Part shown: piece after piece, positions 27,142 through 36,283 of the stretch
Numbering within the stretch: the stretch's first letter is position 1
Layout: each line of letters opens with the position of its first letter
NCBI GenBank assembly: GCA_016930555.1
Contig: JAFGGM010000071.1
Location: 1 to 58,619 of the forward strand
Origin: Candidatus Bathyarchaeum sp.
GTDB taxonomy: Archaea; Thermoproteota; Bathyarchaeia; Bathyarchaeales; Bathyarchaeaceae
Direction: 5' to 3'
DNA length: 58,619 bases
The notes under the pieces: generated by a model
Databases searched by the model: none
The model's input: only the letters and a program-made list of their open reading frames with translations
What the model was told of the DNA's origin: nothing
Made by a program: the position numbers and the translations under genes

Positions 27142-29217
27142 ATGAACAATTATACACTGATAGTCACTGAAAAACCTCATTCTGCCAAACGAATAGCAGA
27201 GGCACTTGATAGCCAAGGCAAGCCTAAACAGTTTAAGGAAAACGGCGTTCCCTACTTTGTCGCCAGCAGAGACCGTGAACTTGTTGTGGTTCCCTCCATC
27301 GGACACCTATACACTATAGTTCATGAAACAGGAACAAAAAGCAACTATCCCGTCTTCAACTTCAAATGGACACCACGGCACCTAGCAGAGAAAGATGCAA
27401 AAAGAATTCGATATTGGATAGAAACCTTCTCGAAATTGTCCTATGACGCTGACACCTTTGTGTCCGCCTGCGATTATGATATTGAAGGGAGCCTCATTGG
27501 ATATTTTATACTAAAGTACGCATGCGGTGGTAAAGAAACTTCTGCAAAAAGGATGAAATTTTCAACTCTTACAAAAGCTGAGTTGGAACAAGCCTACATG
27601 CAGCCTCTTCCAAGCCTCGATTTTCCCCTTATAGAAGCCGGAAGAACCCGTCATGAAGTGGATTGGTTGTACGGAATAAATCTTTCACGGGCATTAACTT
27701 TGGCTGCTCGTCGCTGGAGCGGCAGATACTATACCCTGAGCACAGGAAGGGTGCAGGGACCTACCCTCCAGTTTCTTGCCGAAAGAGAGAAAGAAATCCA
27801 TGGTTTTGTGCCAACTCCATACTGGCAGATAAAGGCTGAGGCTGAAATCCTGAATTCGGTGGTTGAGACAGAGTATGAAAAAAAACGGATTGACACAAGG
27901 GCAGAAGCAGACGCTGTTGTAGAAGCCTGCGCAGGCGAAGCTGGAAGAGTCATAACTGTTGAGGTTAGACGAGTTAATCAGAAGCCTCCTTTTCCCTTCG
28001 ATGTAGGGACATTACAGCGGGAAGCCTACAGTCTCTTCGGTTACAGCCCCAGACGCACCTTGGCAATCGCTCAGCGCCTATATCTTGACGCCCTGATTTC
28101 CTATCCTCGGACAAGCAGCCAGAAACTCCCTCCCTTAATTGGCTATAAAACAATCCTCAATGCCTTTAAACAGAAACGCGAATATGCCAAATTGGCGGAA
28201 AAGCTTTTAGAAAAGGAGCAGTTGAAACCCCGGGAAGGGAAAAAAGAAGACTCTGCGCACCCTGCGATATATCCCACAGGAAAGCTGCCCGAAAAACCGT
28301 TGGGACCTTCTGAGAAGCGCATTTGGGACCTAGTTGTCCGCAGGTTTTTGACTGTTTTCGGCGATGATGCGCTAAAGGAAATCCTGAAGGCTAGTCTAAA
28401 TGTGAATGGATATAGCTTTTTTTTGAGGGGGCGAAGAATCCTGAAACAAGGTTGGATGGAATACTACTTGCCCTATGCTAGATCCGAGGAAGTGCTCCTG
28501 CCACAAATTGAAGAGAGCGATTTGGTTCGGCTGAGGCGAGTCATACGGGAAGAAAAGTTCACCTGTCCCCCGCCTCGATATAATCCGAGCAGTCTCCTGA
28601 AGAGGATGGATGAGCTTGGAATAGGAACGAAGGCAACTAGAGCAGACATCATTCACACTTTATACAATCGTGGCTACGTCAGGGACGAAAGGATTGTGGT
28701 GACTAAGCTGGGTTTTGACGTAATTGATGTTCTTGACAAATACGCTCCTATACTGACTTCAGCACAGCTCACAAGAGAACTTGAAGATAAAATGGAGCAA
28801 ATACGAAACAATAAGATGAAACGGAAAACCGTTCTCAATGAAGTTGTTGAGCAGTTGAAGCCCCAGTTGGAGCACTTTAAAGAAAACGAGGAATCTATTG
28901 GTGAAGTCTTAACCCGCGCCATTCAGAGAGCGCAGGCGCAGGAGCGAATTGTGGGAAAATGTCCAAACTGTGACACAGGGAACCTTACAATAGTCTATTC
29001 GCGGAAAACAGGAAAACGGTTTATAGGTTGCAGCAACTACTTCAAGGGCGTCTGTAGCACATCGTTTCCTCTTCCTCAACGGGGAACCGTTAAGCCCACG
29101 GGAAATAGATGTAAAGCCTGCGGATGGCCTCAGATTCTTGTTCGATTCAAAGGCAGAATACCTTGGAATCTATGCTTTAATCCTGACTGTTCCAAGTCTG
29201 GGAGAAGAAAGTCTTGA
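27142..29217 (+). CDS. topA: type IA DNA topoisomerase (TopA / topoisomerase III-like)
   Basis: Toprim LIVTEKPHSAKRIA and ACDYDIEGS. Active-site Tyr in ISYPRTSSQ. C-terminal zinc fingers CPNC..C and CKACG. ATG 27142 preferred over GTG 27112. Confidence 0.92.
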   Translation: MNNYTLIVTEKPHSAKRIAEALDSQGKPKQFKENGVPYFVASRDRELVVVPSIGHLYTIVHETGTKSNYPVFNFKWTPRHLAEKDAKRIRYWIETFSKLSYDADTFVSACDYDIEGSLIGYFILKYACGGKETSAKRMKFSTLTKAELEQAYMQPLPSLDFPLIEAGRTRHEVDWLYGINLSRALTLAARRWSGRYYTLSTGRVQGPTLQFLAEREKEIHGFVPTPYWQIKAEAEILNSVVETEYEKKRIDTRAEADAVVEACAGEAGRVITVEVRRVNQKPPFPFDVGTLQREAYSLFGYSPRRTLAIAQRLYLDALISYPRTSSQKLPPLIGYKTILNAFKQKREYAKLAEKLLEKEQLKPREGKKEDSAHPAIYPTGKLPEKPLGPSEKRIWDLVVRRFLTVFGDDALKEILKASLNVNGYSFFLRGRRILKQGWMEYYLPYARSEEVLLPQIEESDLVRLRRVIREEKFTCPPPRYNPSSLLKRMDELGIGTKATRADIIHTLYNRGYVRDERIVVTKLGFDVIDVLDKYAPILTSAQLTRELEDKMEQIRNNKMKRKTVLNEVVEQLKPQLEHFKENEESIGEVLTRAIQRAQAQERIVGKCPNCDTGNLTIVYSRKTGKRFIGCSNYFKGVCSTSFPLPQRGTVKPTGNRCKACGWPQILVRFKGRIPWNLCFNPDCSKSGRRKS

Positions 29218-29354
29218 TAGGAGCCTTTGTGTATCCCTGTGAATCACGTTTTCCTCATTTTGAAGGAATATTTAAAAGAGCTTGTTGAGAATGCTTACAC
29301 TAGACACCGCAAAAGAAGCTGCAGAGTATACTGAAGAACAAGGATGTAATAATT

Positions 29355-29774
29355 ATGGGAAAGTCGGTTAACAAACAAGTTTCGTCTCTTTCTTTTCGTT
29401 TGCAAAAATTATACGAGAGAATACTGAACTATAAGCCCTCATTATTCCTTGTCGGTATGGCGATAGTCGCTGTTTCGATATTCCTGCTTGGAGGAGGACT
29501 TTATGACCTTCTAACTCAACCTGATCAAGCTTGGTATTACGGAGGACGATTGATTGTTTTCTATCCCTCCTTAACCGAGCAGTTTCTTGTGGGAAGCATA
29601 CTTATCATGATCTTTGGCGCTATGGGCTTCACAGGCTTTCTAATTGCATACCAAAGCACAAAATATGCCTATAACCCCCGTCAAGCATACCGTTCCCTTC
29701 TGGTTGGCTGTGCTCTTCTAGTTATTGGCTATATTCTCATAGAGAATGGTCTATTATCCAAATTCAGTTTCTAG
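29355..29774 (+). CDS. three-TM membrane protein, possible OSTC/DC2-like (OST3/OST6 superfamily) protein
   Basis: 139 aa. TM1 LFLVGMAIVAVSIFLLGGGLYDLL, TM2 FLVGSILIMIFGAMGFTGFLIAY, TM3 SLLVGCALLVIGYILIENGLL. The family assignment is motif-level only. Confidence 0.6.
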   Translation: MGKSVNKQVSSLSFRLQKLYERILNYKPSLFLVGMAIVAVSIFLLGGGLYDLLTQPDQAWYYGGRLIVFYPSLTEQFLVGSILIMIFGAMGFTGFLIAYQSTKYAYNPRQAYRSLLVGCALLVIGYILIENGLLSKFSF

Positions 29775-29812
29775 TCCTCTAGGCGATTGCTAAATGCCAA
29801 CCAAAGACTGCG

Positions 29813-30346
29813 TCAATGGTTTCTTCTTTTATTTTTCATGTTCAAAAGAGTTGCTCCCAAATTCGTTAGCAAATGTATAGGGATTGTTATCAGAAGAATT
29901 GTTAGAGTTGCTAGCCAAGAAGGCGGCGAAATGGGAATAGAGAGTAGGAATGCTCCCAGAATAAAGTCAATTTGATCTGCTACTGGAAGGGAGGTACCAG
30001 GAGAACGGGCTAGTCGACGTTTAGCGAAAGACTCTATCAGGTCACCTATTAGTGCCCCTAATGATAGCATGAATCCAAGAAGTATGCTGTAACTGAATTG
30101 GTTATATTCAAAAAGAACCTGCTCATAAAGTATTGTTTGAACTACACCTACTAACGTTCCCACAATGAGACCCGCCAAGAAGCCTCTGAAGGTCTTGTGG
30201 GAACCAAGTATTGGCTTGCCGTCAAAAAATTTTTTTCCAAAGTCCATTTGTGGTCCTCCGCCGAAAATAACTGGAGCTGCGTTGGCGCAGTAAGCTGGAA
30301 AAATGAACCACATGGCTGAGGCAATTTCAAGCAGTATTTCCGTCAT
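29813..30346 (-). CDS. carS: CDP-archaeol synthase (CDP-2,3-bis-O-geranylgeranyl-sn-glycerol synthase, DUF46)
   Basis: 177 aa. MWFIFPAYCANAAPVIFGGG ... GSHKTFRGFLAGLIVG ... GDLIESFAKRR. Confidence 0.88.
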   Translation of the reverse strand: MTEILLEIASAMWFIFPAYCANAAPVIFGGGPQMDFGKKFFDGKPILGSHKTFRGFLAGLIVGTLVGVVQTILYEQVLFEYNQFSYSILLGFMLSLGALIGDLIESFAKRRLARSPGTSLPVADQIDFILGAFLLSIPISPPSWLATLTILLITIPIHLLTNLGATLLNMKNKRRNH

Positions 30347-30384
30347 GTTCGTTCATCCATTAGTATCCTTCTAAGAAAATAACT

Positions 30385-31077
30385 CTAGCGTCTGTAATCG
30401 GTTATTCCTGAGCTTTCTATCTTGACGTAAACGTTTCCTGTTCCTTTTATTGATGGATGTTTTTCGCGGAGCACCTTTATGACTCGAGTTTGTCCCGTTT
30501 GTTTCATGTTAAGCACAACTTCTGACCAGTAATTCATAACGCGTTTTGCCACAGGTCGCATTTCCATGCTGTCTCCAGAGAGAAAGCCTCTCACTTGACT
30601 AACGACGAGCACCGCTATTTTATGAGTTTTTGCAATTTCAGTTAAAACTGCCAGTTGCCTGTTTAACTCACGGTTCGTAACATACACTTCTTCTTTGTCG
30701 TTAAATTCAACGTGATACAATGATGTGACTGTGTCAATGACGATTATTCCAAATTTGTGGGTTATAACTTTTTCAAGATGGTCTATGGCTTCGGATTGTT
30801 CCTGAAATGTTGTTGGTCTGATTATGATTATGAGGGGTGAGATTTTTTTGTAATCATATTCAGCTATCTGTGACAGGCGTTCATAAGAGAAGGTTCCATC
30901 TGTGTCTAGGAAAAGGGATTTGATGCCTCTCCGTGCACAATTGACTGCACACTGGACTGTAAGGGAGGTTTTACCTGTTTCAGCTTCTCCATAGATTAGG
31001 GAGACAGCTCCAGCAGGGAATCCTCCTCCTAATAGTTTGTCAAGCGAAATGCAGCCTGTTGGAACATGTTTCGGCAA
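30385..31077 (-). CDS. radB: RadB-type RecA-family ATPase (DNA repair/recombination)
   Basis: 230 aa. TGCISLDKLLGGGFPAGAVSLIYGEAETGKTSL (Walker A). Walker B IIVIDTV. Lacks the N-terminal HhH domain of RadA. Confidence 0.82.
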   Translation of the reverse strand: MPKHVPTGCISLDKLLGGGFPAGAVSLIYGEAETGKTSLTVQCAVNCARRGIKSLFLDTDGTFSYERLSQIAEYDYKKISPLIIIIRPTTFQEQSEAIDHLEKVITHKFGIIVIDTVTSLYHVEFNDKEEVYVTNRELNRQLAVLTEIAKTHKIAVLVVSQVRGFLSGDSMEMRPVAKRVMNYWSEVVLNMKQTGQTRVIKVLREKHPSIKGTGNVYVKIESSGITDYRR

Positions 31078-31238
31078 GACCTGTACACAAGAAGCGAAAT
31101 ATTGGTTAAGGAATTATAAGCCTTCTCTATAATTGTCTATTTTTCGTGATGTTTAGTAACATATTTAAGCTGTAAAGGAGGACAGGAGGGCACGCTGGTC
31201 TAAAATCATGCATATATGCGACGCTCTGTTTCTTTTGT

Positions 31239-31895
31239 GTGGACCTTGGAGGGTGTGACTCTGTGAAGACAAAGATAGCTGTTGCTACTGTTCATGGAAG
31301 AGCCTACTACAAGCTTGTTACAGAACTTCAGTGGCGGCATCTGCCTTTTCTGAGCTTGAAGCCTTGGGACTCTGTTCCCATGAGCATCAAAGTTGTTTTA
31401 ACCACCAGAGATGAAAGCCATCAAATTTCAAATACAAAAATTCTGGTTTTTGACCCAGAAACAACCCCTGAACATGTTGTTGACGAGGCATTATTGGCGA
31501 TTCAGGGAAAACAGAGCTACGAAAGAATTGTTGTGGGAATTGACCCTGGCAAAACCTTTGGCATCGCTGTCTTGGGCGACAACAAAATTTTGGCAACCCT
31601 AACAGCCTCAAATTATGAGCAGGCTTCTTACAGTGTTTTAGATAGTCTGAAGAGATTTCCAGCCGAAACTAGAATCGTGCGTGTGGGTAACGGACCTGCT
31701 GAATACACAAAAACTTTACTAGATTCTATGGACAAAATTTTGTCAGAAGATACGGTTATGGAAATAGTCCGCGAAGCTGGGACAAGCCGTGTCACAAAAG
31801 CGTCGGTAAACCGCAGAGTGTTAAAGGATACTGTTTCAGCCATAAAAATTGCGGGAAGAAATGGTCGAATCCTTTCGAGGAGGAATGTTAAATGA
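31239..31895 (+). CDS. RNase H-fold (RuvC/YqgF-like) predicted nuclease
   Basis: 218 aa, GTG start. RIVVGIDPGKTFGIAVLGDNKILAT is the first beta-hairpin/Asp motif of RuvC/YqgF-like folds. ATGA overlap with the downstream kinase gene. Confidence 0.5.
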   Translation: MDLGGCDSVKTKIAVATVHGRAYYKLVTELQWRHLPFLSLKPWDSVPMSIKVVLTTRDESHQISNTKILVFDPETTPEHVVDEALLAIQGKQSYERIVVGIDPGKTFGIAVLGDNKILATLTASNYEQASYSVLDSLKRFPAETRIVRVGNGPAEYTKTLLDSMDKILSEDTVMEIVREAGTSRVTKASVNRRVLKDTVSAIKIAGRNGRILSRRNVK

Positions 31896-33175
31896 AGCAT
31901 GTTGTAGATGAAGGGAAAACTTTGATGGTTGATGGTCCTGCTTCTGTACGTCTTATTTCGGGAAGTGCAACTGTTCTTGGTGCGCCTCTTCATGTAGAAG
32001 AGAAAGTCGTGGTCAGGGAAGGAAAACGGTTGCCCTTCTTTGTGAAAAAACAGGGTACATTTGAATGGATGTTGGGGGAAGGGGCTTCTGTTACCGAGAT
32101 TGACAAATGGACCCTACCTAGCTCATGGGAGGACGCAGCCAAAGAGATTCTGTGCTTAAATAAACCCGTTACTGTCATGGTTTTAGGCGGCATGGACTCG
32201 GGAAAGACAAGCTTCTGTACCTTTCTCGCAAATGAGGCAGTAACAACCAAATGCAAAACCTGTGTTGTCGACGCTGATTTAGGACAATCTGACGTCGGTC
32301 CCCCCTCAACTGTGGGCTTCACTTTCGTAACTGAGCCAGTGAAGGACCTTTTCGACATTGATGCCGAGGACCTAGTTTTTGTAGGGTGTACGAGTCCAAG
32401 CGGGGCACTGAACAAGCTTGTTGAGATATTAACGCAGCAGAAAAACAGGTTGACTGAGAAGGGCTTTGAGCTTCTTGTCATAAACACTGACGGATGGGTT
32501 GAGGGCGACGAAGCATCCGCGTACAAAGTTCGATTGGCAGAAAAAGTTGATCCAACGGTTGTTGTTGGTATTCAAAGAGAAAACGAGTTAATTCCAATTT
32601 TAGATGCATTGAATGAGGTTAAAGTTTTTGTTGTTGACTCTCCGCAGCTGATTCAGCCAAGGAGTAGAGAAAAAAGGAAGCTGTTGCGGGAGCTTAGTTA
32701 TAAGAAGTATATGAAAGGAGCTAAACTGCAGTCCTTTTCTCTTGGTTGGATAAAGACTGAAGACTCCATTTTTGGAGTTGGCGTTCCTTTGTCTCGTAAA
32801 CGTTTGTGGGACTTGTCTGATTTGCTGGGAAAGCGACCCATCTACTCTGAAGAGACTGTTGCTGCCATCTTTGCTGTTTTAAAGAACAACCACTACATAT
32901 CTGATGAAGAAATTAATGCTGCAGAGAACCACTTCAATAAAAAAGTTAAGGTAATACGGGAAGGAGACGAAGAGGGTCTGCTTGTGGGGCTAAAGGATGA
33001 AGAAAACAATTTTTTGGGAATAGGCATCCTGAATGGCGTGGACTACACACGAAAAATCCTAAAAATCTATACTCCAGTGAACGAAAAAGTGTCCGCTCTC
33101 TGTTTCGGTCAGGTGAAATTAGACAAGAACTGCCGCGAAATAGGCTTAAGCACAGTCTACCTTAGCAAGTTGTAG
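31892..33175 (+). CDS. Clp1/Grc3-family polynucleotide 5'-hydroxyl kinase
   Basis: 427 aa. P-loop VMVLGGMDSGKTSFCTFLAN. Clasp/Walker B region VVDADLGQSDVGPPSTVGF. LVINTDGWV. Confidence 0.85.
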   Translation: MKHVVDEGKTLMVDGPASVRLISGSATVLGAPLHVEEKVVVREGKRLPFFVKKQGTFEWMLGEGASVTEIDKWTLPSSWEDAAKEILCLNKPVTVMVLGGMDSGKTSFCTFLANEAVTTKCKTCVVDADLGQSDVGPPSTVGFTFVTEPVKDLFDIDAEDLVFVGCTSPSGALNKLVEILTQQKNRLTEKGFELLVINTDGWVEGDEASAYKVRLAEKVDPTVVVGIQRENELIPILDALNEVKVFVVDSPQLIQPRSREKRKLLRELSYKKYMKGAKLQSFSLGWIKTEDSIFGVGVPLSRKRLWDLSDLLGKRPIYSEETVAAIFAVLKNNHYISDEEINAAENHFNKKVKVIREGDEEGLLVGLKDEENNFLGIGILNGVDYTRKILKIYTPVNEKVSALCFGQVKLDKNCREIGLSTVYLSKL

Positions 33176-33180
33176 TTTTG

Positions 33181-33194
33181 AAAATCTATATAGA
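33181..33194 (+). promoter_or_regulatory. putative BRE/TATA element
   Basis: AAAATCTATATAGA about 40 nt upstream of TTG 33233. The same 12-mer AAAATCTATATA precedes argG at 38405. Confidence 0.4.
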
Positions 33195-33232
33195 ACCGTA
33201 AGAGAGCATAAGATAGAAGTGGAGAGTCTGGA

Positions 33233-33592
33233 TTGTCACGAGCCAAGATTGTTAAAGAAGAGATAATTGAAGGGGACACAACCTTTTTTGCGGTTTACAT
33301 TGAAACAGAAAATGCAAGTCAACTGTTTTTGAGTGAGGGCGCAGACAAGCTCGGCACCTTGGCTGTGGCTATGCCACAACAGCAGAAATTGCTTGGGCCT
33401 CCTCTCTCTTCGGTGCTTCTTGGTGACCGAAACATGATGATTGCTCGTGTTCTGGCTGAGCTTCTTGCCCAAAAAACCAACAAAATCGGTTTAGTTTCGG
33501 TTTTCACAAAATCTGTAATGGAAAAAGAAGCTGTTCCTATTCTTCGGAAGCTGTTGGAAAAGATCCTCAAGAAAGAAGAAAACAAAACCTGA
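33233..33592 (+). CDS. small protein resembling proteasome assembly chaperone 4 (PAC4/PSMG4/Pba4)
   Basis: 119 aa, TTG start with GGAGAG upstream. LGTLAVAMP ... LSSVLLGDRN ... ARVLAELLAQKTNKIGLVSVF parallels the PAC4 family pattern L-x-NLAVAM ... STSLLGD ... LAQRLARKTNKQVFVS (recalled, unverified). Confidence 0.5.
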   Translation: MSRAKIVKEEIIEGDTTFFAVYIETENASQLFLSEGADKLGTLAVAMPQQQKLLGPPLSSVLLGDRNMMIARVLAELLAQKTNKIGLVSVFTKSVMEKEAVPILRKLLEKILKKEENKT

Positions 33593-33717
33593 GGATCCCC
33601 TTCATTGAAAGAAACGATGTTGTGAAGCGGTTGTGTTGACTTCAGGTGTGGCTGTTTTCATGTTATTGATTCTGGTTGCTCAGCTAACACATATATTCCA
33701 CTTGTTCTATGTAGCTT

Positions 33718-35118
33718 TTGGTTTCAGGAGGAATCCTGGTGAATTTCGACGTCATAATAGTAGGCGCTGGTCCAGCGGGAATATTCTCTGCTCTTGAGTT
33801 AGCAGAAAAAACAGACCTGAGCATACTGCTTTTGGATAGAGGAAAAGACATCGATCAACGCAAATGCCCATCAAGCCGAGGATTAGGCTGCCTAAACTGT
33901 GACCCCTGCTCCCTTTTGGCGGGTTGGGGTGGTGCAGGTGCCTGGAGTGATGGAAAGCTTACTTTGTCCACTGAGGTTGGCGGATGGCTTAATGAGTACT
34001 GCACTGAAGATGCCCTATGGGACCTCTTGAAGTATGTTGACGGAGTTTACATCAAGTTTGGGGCAACCAAGCATCTTTACGGTGTGAGTCAACAGAAGTT
34101 TGAGGAGATAGAAAGAAAAGCCTCTCTTGCTGGATTGAAGCTTGTTCAGCAGAAAGTTCGGCACATGGGCACTGAAAAATGTGCCGAGACTCTTCGTAAG
34201 ATGCGTAATCATCTTGAGGGCAGGGTTGACATCAGAACCAGCACAGATGTTAAGAGCCTGCTGGTTAAGGACGGCAAGGTTGAAGGTATTGAAACCGCAA
34301 ATTGCGGGAAATTCTATGGCAAGTATGTGATTGTGGCACCTGGACGAATTGGCGCTGAGTGGCTGAAGACTGAGGCAGAACTCCTTGGCTTGAAAACCTT
34401 GAATAATCCTGTTGACATCGGCGTCAGGGTGGAGCTTCAAGCCGCCATTATGGAGGAGCTCACTAAGACCTTGTATGAGCCTAAGCTAATTTATCATTCT
34501 AAATCCTTTGACGATGCGGTGAGAACCTTCTGTGTTTCGCCATTAGGAGAAGTCATCACAGAATCATATGATGGTGTCTTAACCGTAAACGGACAAAGCT
34601 ACGCTGAACGAAAAACAAAAAACACAAACTTTGCCATCCTCGTCAGCACCTCCTTTACGGAACCCTTCAAAGAACCAATAGCATACGGAAAATACATTGC
34701 GAGGCTCTCTAACTTGCTCAGTGGAGGCGTAATCGTTCAAAGGTTAGGCGACCTAAAGGCTGGACGTCGCTCAACAGAAGAACGAATAAAACGAAGTCTA
34801 TGTGTTCCAACCCTCAAGAACGCTACGCCAGGAGACTTGAGTTTCGTTTTACCTTACCGTTACTTGGCTGACATCAAAGAAATGCTTGAGGCACTAGACA
34901 AGGTTTCTCCTGGAGTAAACTCAAACGACACGCTGCTTTATGGAGTTGAAGTCAAATTCTATTCAACCCGACTTGAAATCACTGACAACTTGGAAACCAA
35001 AATCGAGAACCTGTTCACTATAGGTGACGGCGCCGGAGTAAGCCGAGGGCTGATCCAAGCCTCTGCCTCAGGGGTTATAGTCGCAGAAGAGATTGCGAAA
35101 CGGACAAAAAAACAGTAA
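33718..35118 (+). CDS. FAD-dependent oxidoreductase (COG2509-type uncharacterized dehydrogenase)
   Basis: 466 aa, TTG start. Rossmann motif FDVIIVGAGPAGIFSALELA. C-terminal LFTIGDGAGVSRG. Confidence 0.8.
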   Translation: MVSGGILVNFDVIIVGAGPAGIFSALELAEKTDLSILLLDRGKDIDQRKCPSSRGLGCLNCDPCSLLAGWGGAGAWSDGKLTLSTEVGGWLNEYCTEDALWDLLKYVDGVYIKFGATKHLYGVSQQKFEEIERKASLAGLKLVQQKVRHMGTEKCAETLRKMRNHLEGRVDIRTSTDVKSLLVKDGKVEGIETANCGKFYGKYVIVAPGRIGAEWLKTEAELLGLKTLNNPVDIGVRVELQAAIMEELTKTLYEPKLIYHSKSFDDAVRTFCVSPLGEVITESYDGVLTVNGQSYAERKTKNTNFAILVSTSFTEPFKEPIAYGKYIARLSNLLSGGVIVQRLGDLKAGRRSTEERIKRSLCVPTLKNATPGDLSFVLPYRYLADIKEMLEALDKVSPGVNSNDTLLYGVEVKFYSTRLEITDNLETKIENLFTIGDGAGVSRGLIQASASGVIVAEEIAKRTKKQ

Positions 35119-35135
35119 CTTTCTTGGGTGTTAGG

Positions 35136-35210
35136 TGGGACCGCCCGGATTTGAACCGGGGTCCCGAACGTCCGAGGCTCAGAGCCTAGACCAAACTAGC
35201 CGACGGTCCC
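35136..35210 (-). tRNA. tRNA-Pro (anticodon CGG), no encoded CCA
   Basis: Reverse complement GGGACCG..CGGTCCC acceptor stem. T arm CCCGG-TTCAAAT-CCGGG. Anticodon arm TGAGC-CTCGGAC-GTTCG. The D stem contains a G-G mismatch, so tRNAscan confirmation is needed. Confidence 0.75.
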
Positions 35211-35354
35211 TTGGATGGTTCTTTGATGCATCAGGTTTTACATAAGCATTCTCTATTGATGTTTTTTTTAAAGCTGCGAACACGTGATTGTCACATGTGC
35301 GGTTTTTGTCGAAAAATGGAGAAAGTTTTTATACTATAATTCTGATGTCGGGGT

Positions 35355-35675
35355 ATGCAAGTGCTGTTTGACTTTCCTTTGAATTGGATTATCCTATTCT
35401 TTGCTTTCTTAGGAGTATGGGCAGTTCTGATGTTCAGCAGAAAGAAGAATAAAATTCAAAGTGAAGTTAAGGAGCAGATTTACTTGGCTGCAGCAGGTCT
35501 GTTTTCGCTGTTTCTTATGGAGGTTTTTGCTACCCAATCTGATCTGTGGCATTATATTCCAGGAGATTGGCCAGTGATTCTGTGGCCTACATACGTTGCT
35601 GCCATACTGTTTGGTTATCAACTACTACGCTTTATTGAAGAACGGTTAGTAACAAAAAATGTGATAGTGGGTTAA
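35355..35675 (+). CDS. small integral membrane protein, unknown function
   Basis: 106 aa, three hydrophobic segments (WIILFFAFLGVWAVLMF, AAAGLFSLFLMEVFA, VILWPTYVAAILFGYQLL). TATA-like TTTTTATACTATAA about 25 nt upstream. Confidence 0.5.
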   Translation: MQVLFDFPLNWIILFFAFLGVWAVLMFSRKKNKIQSEVKEQIYLAAAGLFSLFLMEVFATQSDLWHYIPGDWPVILWPTYVAAILFGYQLLRFIEERLVTKNVIVG

Positions 35676-35679
35676 AGGT

Positions 35680-35826
35680 CTATTTGTCAGCGAATTTACT
35701 TCTGTTTCTTTTAAATTTCTTTTTGCATTTGACACTGCAGAAATAGTAGGTTTCTCCGTCATGGGTGATTTTGTATTTAGCTGTCTTTTCGTTCAGAATT
35801 ACTCCACATACAGGATCTCTAGGCAT
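35680..35826 (-). CDS. YHS/TRASH-domain metal-binding miniprotein (48 aa)
   Basis: MPRDPVCGVILNEKTAKYKITHDGETYYFCSVKCKKKFKRNRSKFADK. The DPVCG ... YYFCS..C..KF pattern is characteristic of YHS domains. Below the track cutoff. Confidence 0.65.
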   Translation of the reverse strand: MPRDPVCGVILNEKTAKYKITHDGETYYFCSVKCKKKFKRNRSKFADK

Positions 35827-36021
35827 CAGTTTTCCTTCACCCTACTCAATGATGGATGCCCTTGATAAGGTATTTGCTTGTTTTTTCCTGTTTTTTAGGG
35901 TTGAATGTATATGCGGGTAATCTTTAAATGTTAGGTTCTCTTATCCAAAACGAGTTAGAAGTTATAAGATAATGTGGTTACTTTTTTAGCCACTTTTGAT
36001 ATGTTTATGGAGGATGCGTTA

Positions 36022-36210
36022 ATGGCGAACCTTAAGATTGGAGACCGAGTGAAGATTCCAGTGCACAAAGTGTTCCATCAGGAATCGGGACACTTCGGCA
36101 AAGTTGTGTACATAAGCGAGGATGGAGAAACTGTGACTGTAAAATGTGACCGGAAACATAACGGCAAAACAGTTGCCTTCAACATCGCTTTTTCATCCAT
36201 CAGAGAATAA
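36022..36210 (+). CDS. hypothetical small protein (62 aa)
   Basis: MANLKIGDRVKIPVHKVFHQESGHFGKVVYISEDGETVTVKCDRKHNGK. ATG 36022 has GGAGG 8 nt upstream. SH3/KOW-like beta pattern, but no family recognised. Confidence 0.4.
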   Translation: MANLKIGDRVKIPVHKVFHQESGHFGKVVYISEDGETVTVKCDRKHNGKTVAFNIAFSSIRE

Positions 36211-36225
36211 GCTTCACAAATCTTA

Positions 36226-36283
36226 TGCAGTCGAATTTCAGAAAAATACTGTTTTCAACAATCTGTTGCTATTAGGCTCCTAA
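36226..36283 (-). repeat. conserved ~59-nt intergenic element, copy 3
   Basis: Reverse complement reads TTAGGAGCCTAATAGCAACAGATTGTTGAAAACAGTATTTTTCTGAAATTCGACTGCA. Starts 15 nt after the stop at 36210. Confidence 0.8.
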
